DNA of 64,000 bases from an uncultured Fidelibacterota bacterium (GCA_913040915.1 CAJWHW010000002.1:1-64000); one strand, 5' to 3'; numbered from the stretch's first letter, positions 22,741 through 34,512 are shown. Made by a program: numbers and translations. The notes: generated from the letters alone by a model not told the origin.

Positions 22741-23163
22741 TTATTCTGCTCCGATGATTAAACAATGTTTTCGCCACGCATCTTCTTTTATTTTTCCATC
22801 TAAAAAGAATTGCCCAGAACAGTCTAGTAAGGAACTAGCCACGATAGGTAATCCGTGACCACCAAAATGCATTACCAAGACAGATTGAGTAAATTGGGTT
22901 TTTGCCACATTAGCAATTTGGCTCATTACTTTGAAACTAAATAATAGAGCATTGTTTACATCCTCTGGCTTTGTATCAATCTCTATTTGAATTACCTGCT
23001 CGTACTTACTCAAATAAAATTGGTAACCCATTAAATCTGGCGCTTCTAGGGATGATTGAAAATATTCCTTAATCATTATGGCTAATTGCTCATCTCCAAA
23101 CTTGGGAGTGTCACTGAATACGAATGAAAAAAGTGAAGTTATCAATATCAGTTTTTTTTTCAT
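22741..23163 (-). CDS. Hypothetical exported protein
   Basis: MKKK signal peptide; 4-nt overlap with the upstream gene. Confidence 0.7.
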   Translation of the reverse strand: MKKKLILITSLFSFVFSDTPKFGDEQLAIMIKEYFQSSLEAPDLMGYQFYLSKYEQVIQIEIDTKPEDVNNALLFSFKVMSQIANVAKTQFTQSVLVMHFGGHGLPIVASSLLDCSGQFFLDGKIKEDAWRKHCLIIGAE

Positions 23164-24131
23164 GACCTGAAGTATTTCTTTATTATAATTACCATCAAAA
23201 GCAGAAATAAAACTCCAACTGAAATTAAGGTTTTTCTAAACCGATCTGTAGTATAGATAATTGATTTTGCATCCATCACATAAGTATCCCTAAGAAGAGA
23301 ATCTAATCCAAACTTCCATATTAAAGTATCTTCTTTAATTTCATCTGCATTCGTATTAATAGTGTGCCCAGGGAGAATAGCTTTTATTTCGAAAGAGTCA
23401 TCCTTTAAGTCTAAAGTTGATTCAAGTATGTTTTCATGGATTTCCATAGCCTCAACCAAATTACTGGCAAATTCATGATCCATTTTGAATGGTTTCAGCA
23501 AATCAGTGAAAAACGCTGTGCGATTTTTTTGAATATTCTCAAAATCATTTATAGACTTTATTCTTGAAAATGAATTTTGCAAATGATTTACAAGTCGTTG
23601 GTTCCAGATAACTTTTTGGGGAGTTAATGAATCACCGGCAATATCATTTAACCCTTTATGCATCAATACTGTTAGCGCTTCTGAAAGCCAATAAAGAGAA
23701 TCAGGTTTCTCTGATAAAATTGCTTCATAAAGTTTCGGATACTCTGTTTCAATATGACGACCATAAAAGATCAATGTAATGGAATATTCTATACTAAAGT
23801 ATGATTTTCTTGTATTCCGATAAAAAGAGTAACCTAGGGGAATTAATTTTTCTCCATAAAATAAAATTGCAGTATCTGAACTAAGTCCTTCAGAAGTTAA
23901 AATCCAATTTTTTTGATCTTCCTCTTTTATGACGCTTAATGATTTTTTCCATCCAAGAAAATTATGAGGATGGAGAAAGTCTTTATCGAAAATATCAGAA
24001 GAATCTCCCAAGCTTTCAAATTTAAAATAAGTTTGCCCATCGGGGTAGAGTTGAATAAAAATTTTATTTTCGACACATGAGAATAAAACCAAGATTATTG
24101 GTAAATAAAGAATATTAAACTGGTGTGCCAT
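23160..24131 (-). CDS. Hypothetical lipoprotein with C-terminal membrane anchor
   Basis: Probable start MAHQF at 24131; LFSC lipobox; C-terminal TM helix followed by KK. Confidence 0.7.
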   Translation of the reverse strand: MAHQFNILYLPIILVLFSCVENKIFIQLYPDGQTYFKFESLGDSSDIFDKDFLHPHNFLGWKKSLSVIKEEDQKNWILTSEGLSSDTAILFYGEKLIPLGYSFYRNTRKSYFSIEYSITLIFYGRHIETEYPKLYEAILSEKPDSLYWLSEALTVLMHKGLNDIAGDSLTPQKVIWNQRLVNHLQNSFSRIKSINDFENIQKNRTAFFTDLLKPFKMDHEFASNLVEAMEIHENILESTLDLKDDSFEIKAILPGHTINTNADEIKEDTLIWKFGLDSLLRDTYVMDAKSIIYTTDRFRKTLISVGVLFLLLMVIIIKKYFRS

Positions 24132-24223
24132 AGATGGAAAGTTAGTGAAGGAAATTGTTTTTTTGGAGAGTTGCACTAAGATATACAAAATTGTTACTTT
24201 CAATCATACCAAGATGAGGTTCT

Positions 24224-25069
24224 ATGGTCAAAATTCTAGCCACATACTTAATACTTATCAGCAGTCTCAGTGCTTTTGAGTCCCCAAGGTCTTCTGTAGT
24301 TCGGACTGATTATGGATTCATTGATTATGCAAATCGGGTTATCGTTTCCCGCGGCACGGCAAATATTATAAAACGAGAGACATCTGAAGGTGATTTAAAA
24401 ACCATTGAAAAAAATCTGAAATTTTCCAAAGGGGAAGCCCGGGCCAGGGCACGTGAAAATTTATTAGACTTAATCAAATTAGTAAACTTTGATAGTCGAA
24501 CAGTTGGTGAAATCATGTTAGGTGATCCTTTAGTTGGCAGCCGTGTAGGAACTTTGGTGGGAAGTGCTTTTCAACAAGGAGAGATTGAGTATCTTGAACG
24601 AAATGAAGTGGCCATAGCTTTAGCAATTAAAATGTCGGGGCTGGCGGAAATTTTAATAGATGCTGATGGGTACTTGAATGAAGATATTGCCCAATCAACA
24701 TATCTAATGATGCGAGCAGTTACTCCTAAAACCAATCGAGCAACTGGAATTGTAATAGATGCTAGAAATATTTATCATATTCCGGCTATGGTTCCAAAAG
24801 TATATAATGAAGATGAAAGATTAGTTTATGGGCCACGGCATTATACTCGTTCTCGCTCCGTTAATCGAGGCCCTATGGGATATGCCCATTCCATGGAAGA
24901 TGGGAACGTTAGCCGTCGTGTAGGGAATAATCCGCTACTAGTGGAAGCAGTTGCAAATGATGATGATATAAATTTGACTGTTTCTAATTTAGATGCGGAA
25001 AGGATTAGAGATGCTGAAAAAAAATTCGGACTTCTCACAAACTGTAAGGTTCTTGTCCTCCTTAAATAA
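24224..25069 (+). CDS. Exported hypothetical protein (LPP20-like)
   Basis: Signal peptide; A...A..NL and TGIVIDAR...PAM.PKVY pattern. Confidence 0.65.
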   Translation: MVKILATYLILISSLSAFESPRSSVVRTDYGFIDYANRVIVSRGTANIIKRETSEGDLKTIEKNLKFSKGEARARARENLLDLIKLVNFDSRTVGEIMLGDPLVGSRVGTLVGSAFQQGEIEYLERNEVAIALAIKMSGLAEILIDADGYLNEDIAQSTYLMMRAVTPKTNRATGIVIDARNIYHIPAMVPKVYNEDERLVYGPRHYTRSRSVNRGPMGYAHSMEDGNVSRRVGNNPLLVEAVANDDDINLTVSNLDAERIRDAEKKFGLLTNCKVLVLLK

Positions 25070-25127
25070 ATTTGTAATTTTGCCTGATCAGGGTTTGGAT
25101 TTCAAAATATCCTTATAAAATTCAGGC

Positions 25128-26228
25128 ATGGAAAAATATAAAACGGCTGTTCTTTTATTACAAGATGGCCGTTTTTTTTCAGGAAGAACATTTGGCGATG
25201 AGGGGGAGACTATTGGGGAGGTGTGTTTTAATACAGGCATGTCCGGCTATCAGGAAATTTTGACTGATCCATCTTATTGCCGTCAAATTGTTACGATGAC
25301 AACTCCCCATATTGGTAACTATGGAGTGAACCCTGAAGATATAGAATCAGATAAAATTCAAGTGGCGGGATTTGTTATCAAGGAAGAGACAGAAATTCCA
25401 TCAAACTGGCGATCTACACAATCCATCGGGGAATATTTAAAGATAAACCAAATTGTAGGAATTCAGGGAGTAGACACTCGGGCAATCACTCGGCATATCC
25501 GGGATAATGGTGCCATGAATGGCATTATTTCTACGACTGATTCTAATCTCAATAGTCTAAAAAAAAAATTAGGCAATTCTCCAGAAATGACTGGGCTGGA
25601 TTTAGCAAAAGAAGTAACCATATCAAAACCCATTAAGTGGTCATCAAAATCAAATACGAAGTACAAAGTTGCGGCCATAGATTTTGGAATAAAGACCAAT
25701 ATTCTACGATTATTAGAATCCTATGGTTGTGAATTAACTGTATTCCCTGCCAATATATCTGCGCAGGACATTTTGGATTTTGATCCGCATGGCGTGTTTC
25801 TATCCAATGGTCCGGGCGATCCTTCCGCTGTTAAGTATGGTATTGAAACAGTAAAATCTTTGTTAGGAATAAAGCCAATCTTTGGAATTTGTCTAGGACA
25901 TCAGATCTTGGCACTGGCTCTGGGTGCAAAAACATTCAAGTTGAAATTTGGCCACCGTGGTATCAACCATCCTGTTAAGAATCTTGAAACAGGAACAGTA
26001 GAGATCACTAGTCAAAATCATGGATTTGCAGTGGACCTGGATTCATTACCTGAACAGTTAATCTCCACCCATGTTAATTTAAATGATAATACATCAGAGG
26101 GGATTCGCTGTGATGCATTGAATGCATTTTCAGTGCAGTATCATCCTGAATCCAGTCCAGGGCCACATGACAGTCGCTATCTATTTCAACAATTCATTGA
26201 AATGATGAATCGTGCCAAAAAGAACTGA
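25128..26228 (+). CDS. carA: Carbamoyl-phosphate synthase small subunit
   Basis: [33 protein letters not shown]. Confidence 0.98.
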   Translation: MEKYKTAVLLLQDGRFFSGRTFGDEGETIGEVCFNTGMSGYQEILTDPSYCRQIVTMTTPHIGNYGVNPEDIESDKIQVAGFVIKEETEIPSNWRSTQSIGEYLKINQIVGIQGVDTRAITRHIRDNGAMNGIISTTDSNLNSLKKKLGNSPEMTGLDLAKEVTISKPIKWSSKSNTKYKVAAIDFGIKTNILRLLESYGCELTVFPANISAQDILDFDPHGVFLSNGPGDPSAVKYGIETVKSLLGIKPIFGICLGHQILALALGAKTFKLKFGHRGINHPVKNLETGTVEITSQNHGFAVDLDSLPEQLISTHVNLNDNTSEGIRCDALNAFSVQYHPESSPGPHDSRYLFQQFIEMMNRAKKN

Positions 26229-29200
26229 TATAGAATCCATATTGATTATTGGTGCCGGTCCCATTGTAATTGGTCAAGCTTGTGAGTTTGACTATTCCGG
26301 GACCCAGGCCACACGGGCGTTGAAGGAGGAAGGGTATCGTGTAATTCTGGTAAATTCTAACCCTGCTACGATCATGACTGATCCGAATCTTGCAGATGCG
26401 ACTTTCATCGAACCCATTACCCCGGAGTATGTGGAAGCTATCATTCAAAAAGAAAAACCGGATGCTATTCTTCCAACTGTAGGTGGGCAGACTGGTCTCA
26501 ATATTTCAATGGCGCTTCACAAAAAAGGAATCTTGGAAAAATACGGGGTAAAATTGATTGGAGCTCAGGTTGAAGCCATAGATAAAGCAGAAGATCGTGA
26601 ACAATTTAAAAAAGCCATGGATGAGGTCGGTATTGATACGGCTCAGGGCGGATTCATCCATACATGGGATGAGGCGGAAGCTCTGCTAGATGAAATGGAA
26701 TTCCCAATTATAATCCGACCTTCATTCACCATGGGTGGAACCGGTGGTTCTGTAGCCTATAATAATGAGGAATTTCAGGATTTGATTGAAAATGGACTAC
26801 ATGCTAGCCCCATAACAGAAGTATTAGTTGAGGAATCCTTACTTGGATGGAAAGAATTTGAGCTTGAAGTCATTCGGGATAGTTCAGACAATGCAATCAT
26901 CATTTGTTCCATAGAAAATATAGATCCCATGGGAGTCCATACCGGTGATTCGGTCACCGTTGCTCCGGCTATGACGTTGACTGATAAGGAATACCAGCAG
27001 ATGCGTAATTGGGCGATTTTATGTTTGCGAACTATTGGTGTTGAGACTGGTGGTTCTAATGTACAGTTTGCTGTTAATCCGGATAATGGACGTATGATAA
27101 TAATTGAAATGAACCCAAGGGTCAGCCGTTCATCTGCCCTAGCATCCAAAGCAACAGGATTCCCAATTGCTAAAGTGGCGGCAAAACTGGCTGTGGGGTT
27201 TACCTTGGATGAACTACCCAACGATATCACCGGTAAGACTCTTGCTGCTTTTGAGCCCACCATTGATTATATCATAATAAAAGTACCTCGATTTGATTTT
27301 GAAAAATTTCCATCAGCGTCAGGACATCTAGGTGTTCAGATGCAAAGTGTTGGAGAAGTAATGTCCATTGGGCGCACATTTAGAGAATCGATTCAAAAAG
27401 CCTATCGTTCATTGGAGGTTGGATTGGATGGGCTCGAACCCAAACCTGTAGCCAAAGGAGATCCAGATGTGAACCGAGCTCGCTCATTAGACATGTCTAC
27501 CTTACGGCATGGAACAGCTTTTCGATTGCTCAAAATCTGGCAAGCCTTTAAAGAAGGGCAATCAATAGAAGATGTTTTCAATGTAACAAAGATCGATCAC
27601 TGGTTCTTGAACCAAATTTCTATGTTGACCAATCAAATAAAAAATAAATCCCTAATTGAATTAAAAGAGAATGGATTTTCAGATATGCAAATCAGTCGAA
27701 TTTTGAATAAAACTGAAAAGGAGATTCGGGCACAGCGCAAAGCTGAAAATGTTTTGCCATCTTTTAAAGTTGTTGATACCTGTGCTGCTGAATTCGTAGC
27801 CCAAACCCCCTATTGTTATTCCACCTATGATGAAGAAAATGAGATCCAACCCTTAGATGGGAAAAAAGTCATAATTTTAGGAGGCGGACCTAATCGCATT
27901 GGACAGGGGATTGAGTTTGATTATTGCTGTGTACAGGCAGTTTTTGGATTAAAAGATCAGAGTTATAAAACCATTATGGTGAATTGTAATCCGGAAACAG
28001 TTAGTACTGATTTTGATTTAGTAGACCGACTTTATTTTGAACCGGTGACGTATGAAGATGTACTCAATATTGTTGAGTTTGAAAAGCCAGATGGTGTATT
28101 AGTCCAGTTTGGGGGCCAAACACCTCTAAAAATTGCAAATGCTCTAGCAGATGCCGGTGTACCCGTAATTGGTACATCTCCTGAAAATATTGACCTAGCG
28201 GAAGATCGAGAAAAATTTGGGTCAATATTAAAAAAGCTGAATATATTATGTCCTAAATATGGTACTGGCCGAACATTAGATGAAGTAGTAACAGTTGCAG
28301 AGACAATTGGATTTCCTATTTTAGCTCGCCCCAGTTATGTTTTGGGAGGCCGAGCTATGGAAATCGTTTACTCAAAGAAACAGTTAATTGATTATATATC
28401 TCGAAATGCTGATGTGACGGAAGGGCATCCTATATTGATTGACCAATTTTTAGAGGATGCTTTTGAATTTGATGTAGATGCGCTTTGTGATGGTGAGATA
28501 GTTCACATCGGTGCTGTAATGCAGCATATTGAAGAGGCAGGAATTCATTCTGGCGATTCTGCCTGCGTGTTGCCACCATATCGCATTACTACAGAAGCTA
28601 TGGATGAAATTATCCGGATTACTCAGGATCTGGCTCTAGAATTAAAAGTAATTGGTTTGATTAATCTTCAATTTGCGTATAAGGATGGACAAATCTTTGT
28701 TTTGGAAGTAAATCCAAGGGCTAGTCGAACAGTTCCCTTTGTTAGTAAAACAACCGATGTTCCTTTGGCGCGGATCGCTGCCCAATTGGCAGTAGGTGCA
28801 AAACTATCCGAATTTGAATTAAAACCTTGGGATGGCAATTCCCATATAGCGGTAAAGGAAGCAGTGCTACCATTCAATAAATTTCCGGAAGAATCCATTT
28901 TTTTGAGCCCCGAAATGAAATCCACAGGAGAAGTAATGGGTATTTCCAATACATTAGGGGATGCATTTAAGCGAGCATCTATAAGTGCCGGGAATATCAT
29001 ACCTAACACAGGAATTGTTTTTTTATCAGTGAATGATTCCGATAAACTAGATGTCATACCCATCGCACGGGACTTAAAGGAAATTGGTTTTGATCTAGTG
29101 GCAACTTTTGGAACAGCGAAAGAACTTCGTAGAAATGGTATCCATTCAGAAACAGTCTTTAAAGTGGGTGAGGGGCGACCCAATGTTGTGGATGGTATCA

Positions 29201-29400
29201 AGAATGGGGAAATCAATCTTGTGATCAATACACCCATGGGTGCCCAGGCCCGCTATGATGAAGAATCCATTGGTCGAGCTTGTATTCAAAAAGGGATTAT
29301 GGCCATTACTACATTGTCTGGAGCAGAAGCAGCTGTAAGAGCAATTAGATCACATAATTGGCAAATAGAAGTCAATCCCCTTCAGGATTACCATACTTAA
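26212..29400 (+). CDS. carB: Carbamoyl-phosphate synthase large subunit
   Basis: [17 protein letters not shown], two ATP-grasp halves, MGS domain. Confidence 0.99.
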   Translation: MPKRTDIESILIIGAGPIVIGQACEFDYSGTQATRALKEEGYRVILVNSNPATIMTDPNLADATFIEPITPEYVEAIIQKEKPDAILPTVGGQTGLNISMALHKKGILEKYGVKLIGAQVEAIDKAEDREQFKKAMDEVGIDTAQGGFIHTWDEAEALLDEMEFPIIIRPSFTMGGTGGSVAYNNEEFQDLIENGLHASPITEVLVEESLLGWKEFELEVIRDSSDNAIIICSIENIDPMGVHTGDSVTVAPAMTLTDKEYQQMRNWAILCLRTIGVETGGSNVQFAVNPDNGRMIIIEMNPRVSRSSALASKATGFPIAKVAAKLAVGFTLDELPNDITGKTLAAFEPTIDYIIIKVPRFDFEKFPSASGHLGVQMQSVGEVMSIGRTFRESIQKAYRSLEVGLDGLEPKPVAKGDPDVNRARSLDMSTLRHGTAFRLLKIWQAFKEGQSIEDVFNVTKIDHWFLNQISMLTNQIKNKSLIELKENGFSDMQISRILNKTEKEIRAQRKAENVLPSFKVVDTCAAEFVAQTPYCYSTYDEENEIQPLDGKKVIILGGGPNRIGQGIEFDYCCVQAVFGLKDQSYKTIMVNCNPETVSTDFDLVDRLYFEPVTYEDVLNIVEFEKPDGVLVQFGGQTPLKIANALADAGVPVIGTSPENIDLAEDREKFGSILKKLNILCPKYGTGRTLDEVVTVAETIGFPILARPSYVLGGRAMEIVYSKKQLIDYISRNADVTEGHPILIDQFLEDAFEFDVDALCDGEIVHIGAVMQHIEEAGIHSGDSACVLPPYRITTEAMDEIIRITQDLALELKVIGLINLQFAYKDGQIFVLEVNPRASRTVPFVSKTTDVPLARIAAQLAVGAKLSEFELKPWDGNSHIAVKEAVLPFNKFPEESIFLSPEMKSTGEVMGISNTLGDAFKRASISAGNIIPNTGIVFLSVNDSDKLDVIPIARDLKEIGFDLVATFGTAKELRRNGIHSETVFKVGEGRPNVVDGIKNGEINLVINTPMGAQARYDEESIGRACIQKGIMAITTLSGAEAAVRAIRSHNWQIEVNPLQDYHT

Positions 29401-29488
29401 ACTTCTAATTGCTTATTCTAAAATAATTCAATAGAATTTTTATCAAAATCTGTTTGTTTTATAATCAGGCAAGAAGTAGTAAAACTAA

Positions 29489-30886
29489 ATGATTAAAGAA
29501 AATTCAAAAGATCAAATCCAAGAACAAGATATTTCATCATCTGAATTGGACAATTTAATTGATGCAAATAAAGATCTCTATGATAAATTAAACCAACTTC
29601 CTGAGATTGAAGCCTTACAAGCTTTAGATGATGATGATGAAAAACAAACAGAAAAAAAAGAAGAGCGTCAACCTGTTCTGGCTTTCATCCCCAAATTGCA
29701 ATCTTTATATGCAGATAATGAACTTGTTCGATATGCTACCTGGGCCTTAATTCTTATTCTATTTTCTACATCTATGCTAACATATCTCGAATATGATATG
29801 TTCAAAGCAAGTGTGACAGACCATGTAGGTGACTCTTTTTTCTTTGGCGGTAAGGAAGCAAACTGGCTAGATACATTTTTCCATACTTTCTGGTGGGCAA
29901 TTGTCACATTTACAACGGTGGGATATGGTGATGTCAGTCCTGTAACCCATATTGGGAAATTTCTAACCATTATTATAATGTTATTAAACTTTGGAATCGT
30001 TACATTGTTAGGCGGGGCAGTTGCTTCTGTTTTAGTAGCCCAACGTTTAAAAGGAGATGATACTTTGGACGAAAATAAATATGACGGCCACCTAGTTATT
30101 GCAGGATGGAATTCAACCGTACCATCAGTTCTGAAACTTATTGATGCAAATAAAGATGCTGCAGATGTGGTAATCCTAGTGAATGAAACAGATGAGGATA
30201 TTATTCAAAGGACTATTACAAATTATGAACGTCTTGATATTACTCACATCCCTGAAAATTTTACTCAAGATGCAGTACTGCGCAAAGCATTTTTAGAAAA
30301 AGCTAGTACATTCATGATTTTGCCAGACAGTTCTGGATTGTTACCTCATGAAGAGCCAGATGAAGACAAGACAGTTCTTACATGTTTAACAGCTAAATCC
30401 ATCGCTGAATCTTGTAATGTTGTTGCACATGTTATAAATCCTGAAAATGTTTCACATCTCCAAAGAGCGAATGCCAATGAAATAGTTATCCCAGATGAGC
30501 ATGTACCTCATCTTTTGGCTAAGCATGTTACTGACCCAGGTGTTCCTCAGTTTTTCGATGATTTAATATTGAAGGAAGAAAAAGATAAAGGTCTACAGGA
30601 AGTAAGAATACCCAAGAGTTTAAATGGGCAAAGTCATAATAAAATTTCTGCTTTTTTTAAATTCAAATATAACTGGCTTTTAGTCGGTTATGCTATTCGA
30701 AAAGCTGGATTTAGTTTGGATGAACAAATGGGGGAAAGCGGGAGTCCACTTATACGAAATATGATCAAAGAACAATTAGAAGGTGCCGGTGTTAATCTCT
30801 CAAGTGATGAACATGTAATTGTTGAAATCAACCCTTCGGATGATTATACTATCGATGATAAACATAGTGCATTGGTTTTGAGGTAA
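29489..30886 (+). CDS. Potassium channel with pore domain and RCK/TrkA-N domain
   Basis: WWAIVTFTTVGYGD selectivity filter; GHLVIAGW Rossmann start; acidic N-terminal extension. Confidence 0.92.
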   Translation: MIKENSKDQIQEQDISSSELDNLIDANKDLYDKLNQLPEIEALQALDDDDEKQTEKKEERQPVLAFIPKLQSLYADNELVRYATWALILILFSTSMLTYLEYDMFKASVTDHVGDSFFFGGKEANWLDTFFHTFWWAIVTFTTVGYGDVSPVTHIGKFLTIIIMLLNFGIVTLLGGAVASVLVAQRLKGDDTLDENKYDGHLVIAGWNSTVPSVLKLIDANKDAADVVILVNETDEDIIQRTITNYERLDITHIPENFTQDAVLRKAFLEKASTFMILPDSSGLLPHEEPDEDKTVLTCLTAKSIAESCNVVAHVINPENVSHLQRANANEIVIPDEHVPHLLAKHVTDPGVPQFFDDLILKEEKDKGLQEVRIPKSLNGQSHNKISAFFKFKYNWLLVGYAIRKAGFSLDEQMGESGSPLIRNMIKEQLEGAGVNLSSDEHVIVEINPSDDYTIDDKHSALVLR

Positions 30887-30889
30887 ATT

Positions 30890-31453
30890 ATGAATCCAAC
30901 AGCAGAACAAATTCAAAAAATAAATCATTTCAGTAAAGTACCTGATGAAATGTGTAAAAAAATTGCTTCAGTAGTGGAATTGCATGAATGTAAACCAAAG
31001 GACTCTTTGCTCACAGAAGGTGAAACTGGAGATACAATGATTCTTGTTTTTCAGGGTCAAGTGGAAGTCTCGAAAGATATGATGGTTAAAACTGCAAGCG
31101 GAATCGCAACATCAAGAAAACCTATTATCCGCTTGGAGACAACTGATCCACCACCTGCATCTGATCCTATAACTGAACCAACAGTATTTGTTGTAGAAGC
31201 CCCCGCTTTTGGAATTGGTGAATTTTCATTGGTATTAGATGATGCAATACGTACCGCACATGTTCATGCTACGACACCTGTAAAATATGGGATATTGACC
31301 CTAAATGATTTTTCTAATATTGTGAAAGATAATCCTGAAATAGGTGGGTCTGTTTATTTTGAGGTTGCTAAATCAGCAGTACAAAACTTGGCTACGGCTA
31401 GTGCTGATATTTCAAACTTGACTCAGGCCTTCTTTTTTGCCTTGACCCGATAA
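30890..31453 (+). CDS. Stand-alone cyclic-nucleotide-binding domain protein
   Basis: EGETGD.M...QGQVEV, GEFSL...RTA phosphate-binding cassette; no HTH; starts 3 nt after the channel stop. Confidence 0.88.
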   Translation: MNPTAEQIQKINHFSKVPDEMCKKIASVVELHECKPKDSLLTEGETGDTMILVFQGQVEVSKDMMVKTASGIATSRKPIIRLETTDPPPASDPITEPTVFVVEAPAFGIGEFSLVLDDAIRTAHVHATTPVKYGILTLNDFSNIVKDNPEIGGSVYFEVAKSAVQNLATASADISNLTQAFFFALTR

Positions 31454-31459
31454 ATAATG

Positions 31460-33712
31460 TTATTTTTGAATTTTTAGTTTTTCACCAGACTTCGGTTTCT
31501 CTATTGAAACATCCAAAGACCATGCCTTGATAGCATGCTGAATCAGAGTAACCTCATTTTCATGAATGAAATCATCTGCGTTCGCTATACCAACATAGCA
31601 ATCGATTAATTTTAATAATTCTTCATTTTGAAATCTATCATCTGCATAAATGATTTCTAGCGAATCATCAAATTGCTTTTGTCTTGCCTCTTCAGTTTTT
31701 AGCGCAATGAATCTTTCTGTTGTTAGTCCAAAGTCTCTATTAAAACTTTCATTGTCTACACCATCAGAAAAGATTTTGTAACTGTCAAAGATTGCATCTT
31801 TCTCTGATTCATCTATTTCTTGATCAGCAAAGAATGAAATGCATAATAGTGAGTAAAGTATGTCATGGTCAATCTTCCAATCTATAGTAGTATCTTCATC
31901 TGTTGTCTCTCGTGCGGCAATCTTTCTTTGCAATTCTTCCATTCGTTCTTTATCGGCGTCATTCAGATAGCCATCTTGACGTTGTCTTTTCTGCATCAGC
32001 TTGTCAACTTCCAGTGACAAAAATTTCACATCTCGCTCAAGTGCTTCAAGTCTCTGGTCCATCAGGCTAAATAATAATTCTTTGAATGGATCAATTTGAT
32101 CTTTCTCAGGTGCAAAATAGATGTTAAGTGTTCCCCTATCAGTGTCTTCCCAGAATTGTGGACCAAAAATTGATAAAAGAAAACATTGTGTATTTACGTT
32201 TGCCTTAAATGTTTTTTCATCAAAATATGCAAGATCGTCCAAATAATCTTCTGCTATGGCTGTGGCAAACTCCGATTTCTTAACAGAAAGATAAAATAAG
32301 GCTAGGCCAATTTGAATTCTCCTTGTACCATTATTGCCACCAAGGATTCCCTTATCAACCTCATCCTTTGAATAGCCTGGGGGTTTATCAAGTTGCAAGA
32401 TCATTTTTAGTAGGTCCATCTGATCTTCATCGCTCCATCCCTTTTCATGTATTAATACTTGGCATTTTCTCAACTCGAAAGTAAGAGTATCTACAACAAA
32501 ATATAGCCCAGGATTTGCTTCTGCATTCTTATAGATGTCATTTGCATAAAATTTAAATTTATCATAGCAATATTTTGCCATGTCAACTCTATCTGCCTTG
32601 ATGTATTCTTGTATCATATTGGAATAATGAAATGAGAGATTGTATAGATTCCGGGGCTCGTTATTCTTATATGCATGTTTAATTGCGAACCTAAAAAGGG
32701 TGTTAAAACGTATGTTTACATGCCCAAGGATTATATCATCGTTGTTTTTTAGACAAGTCACTCCAATGTCCACCATTTCTGCAGGAATTAGTGATGCAAT
32801 ATCAAATCGATCATTGGTGATCATTTTAATGTATGAACTTCCCAGAAGTCTAAAAGTTTTTACCTCGTAAAAGGTTTTTGAATCAGACATTTCTTGGTAT
32901 TGAATGTCTGTATAGGTACGAAATGTTGCATTTGACCTAATGATGTCAGTTAGGTTAAAGAATTTTTCGTTAAAGTTAGATTTATGTTTTATATATAGTT
33001 GAATCACCTCACTGATCTCACGAATGATATCAGTCTGGGTTTCTTTAAATTCAGTAAAGGCCAGAAGATCATCCAATTGATCTAGAGAGCCCATAATTTC
33101 TTTTTGATATTCTTCTACTACTTCTATACTGTCATCCATTGCAGAATAAATCATTTGTTTTTCCATCTTTAGTACAAAGCCTTGAATAATCGATGAAATG
33201 GTTGATACCACATTACTTGTTTTGGAATACAATAGAATATAGAATATGTATGGTAATGTGAAAATAGACCCTATGAATAGATATATATATGTGTTCAATA
33301 CTGAACTTGAAACACGACCGAGGGGTTCAACATAAAACATGATCAAAACTGCATGAAGTGATGCAATAATTAAAAACCAAACATATATTAGGCTTAGCCA
33401 ATCTTTAACAAAAAGGTCCATCAATTTGGGTGATGATTCTGCTGCAATTGCAATTACAATGATAAGTGTTCCAAGCACCATTGCAAGTACCCCCCCCCAT
33501 ATTTCTGGGGCAAAGTCCAAGGCAATTGTTTCAGGATCAGACAGGTCAATGTTAAATGTGGTGTGAAAATATTCTGTTATTGATGGAAAATATATATGGA
33601 ATAAAACATCTGAAACTATCATCCCTAAGAGTACAATAATAAAAGAGATGATAGTCCGATATTTGAACTGGACACTGTTGAGCCTGATAAGTGTTGAATA
33701 TATTTTTTTCAT
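31460..33712 (-). CDS. Membrane protein (DUF2254-like N-terminus) with helical middle region and C-terminal TerB-like domain
   Basis: About 4 TM helices; C-terminal ADQEIDESEK...ANADDFIHENE TerB-like motifs; probable start MKKIY at 33712. Confidence 0.75.
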   Translation of the reverse strand: MKKIYSTLIRLNSVQFKYRTIISFIIVLLGMIVSDVLFHIYFPSITEYFHTTFNIDLSDPETIALDFAPEIWGGVLAMVLGTLIIVIAIAAESSPKLMDLFVKDWLSLIYVWFLIIASLHAVLIMFYVEPLGRVSSSVLNTYIYLFIGSIFTLPYIFYILLYSKTSNVVSTISSIIQGFVLKMEKQMIYSAMDDSIEVVEEYQKEIMGSLDQLDDLLAFTEFKETQTDIIREISEVIQLYIKHKSNFNEKFFNLTDIIRSNATFRTYTDIQYQEMSDSKTFYEVKTFRLLGSSYIKMITNDRFDIASLIPAEMVDIGVTCLKNNDDIILGHVNIRFNTLFRFAIKHAYKNNEPRNLYNLSFHYSNMIQEYIKADRVDMAKYCYDKFKFYANDIYKNAEANPGLYFVVDTLTFELRKCQVLIHEKGWSDEDQMDLLKMILQLDKPPGYSKDEVDKGILGGNNGTRRIQIGLALFYLSVKKSEFATAIAEDYLDDLAYFDEKTFKANVNTQCFLLSIFGPQFWEDTDRGTLNIYFAPEKDQIDPFKELLFSLMDQRLEALERDVKFLSLEVDKLMQKRQRQDGYLNDADKERMEELQRKIAARETTDEDTTIDWKIDHDILYSLLCISFFADQEIDESEKDAIFDSYKIFSDGVDNESFNRDFGLTTERFIALKTEEARQKQFDDSLEIIYADDRFQNEELLKLIDCYVGIANADDFIHENEVTLIQHAIKAWSLDVSIEKPKSGEKLKIQK

Positions 33713-34003
33713 TACTATATTATTTTTTCGCCTTACCCAAGTTGGATAACATATTTTTAGAATATCCATCATGGGACTCGATTCTAGGGTTAGAATAGAA
33801 AAGAAAAACTACAATGAAGATATAATTGAAACAATAATCCATCTAAAAAATAAAGACAATGTTATTTTTGAGAAATCTTGACCTTGCCGGCTACAAATTA
33901 TAATTTTTCATGATGTCTAATCCTTCATAAACATATGTTTGTGCTTAAAGGCTGGACACTGAATATTAACCATTACCCAAAACAAAGAATATAAGGGGAT
34001 TTT

Positions 34004-34435
34004 ATGGCAAACTGGAGTCAACATCACGATTTAGTCTATGCTTTCGTCTGTGTATCATTTTTAGCAGATGGTCAAGTCGATGAATCTGAAAAAGAAGCCA
34101 TGCGTGGCAATGTCAAAGTGATGTTGCCGGATGTATCTGATGATGCATATAACGCAATGGAAGCTGAGGTCATTGATAAGTTTATTGATTTAGGTGATGA
34201 AGCATCACGTACAAATCAATATGGTGAATCTTTAACGGCACTCAAAGGATTATTTTCATCCGATGAAGACCGTTTTAAGGTAGTTAAAAACCTGGCTTAT
34301 ATCGCTAGAGCCGATGATTTTATTCATGAAAATGAAATGGCAATGGTGGAACAGGCTGTAAGTGTTTTAGAGATGACTGATAAAGTTAACCTTGTTAAAA
34401 CAGAATCAACACTTTTTGTCGATTACACAGGTTAA
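34004..34435 (+). CDS. TerB-family protein
   Basis: ADGQVDESEK and ARADDFIHENE motifs; AAGGGG SD-like sequence upstream. Confidence 0.85.
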   Translation: MANWSQHHDLVYAFVCVSFLADGQVDESEKEAMRGNVKVMLPDVSDDAYNAMEAEVIDKFIDLGDEASRTNQYGESLTALKGLFSSDEDRFKVVKNLAYIARADDFIHENEMAMVEQAVSVLEMTDKVNLVKTESTLFVDYTG

Positions 34436-34457
34436 ATAATATCCAACATAACTTCAT

Positions 34458-34488
34458 GATAACCCCGACTTTAAATGTCGGGGTTGTC
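34458..34488 (+). terminator. Hairpin downstream of terB-like gene, probable terminator
   Basis: GATAACCCCGAC-tttaaat-GTCGGGGTTGTC; weak U-tract. Confidence 0.6.
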
Positions 34489-34512
34489 GTTTAGTTGAAG
34501 GAGTATTAAAAC

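Noticed and set aside
25081..25128. TGCCTGA/TCAGGCA inverted repeat before carA as a PyrR-type attenuator
   Set aside because: Only 7 bp, no PyrR-binding consensus or U-tract, and the spacer is too short.
26194..29237. Long antisense ORFs inside carB (162 aa, 189 aa) and similar shadows in other genes
   Set aside because: They lie opposite well-conserved genes, have no recognisable motifs, and are expected from codon bias.
34004..34435. A tellurite-resistance (ter) operon
   Set aside because: No terA/C/D/E/Z genes nearby; only TerB-like domains are present.
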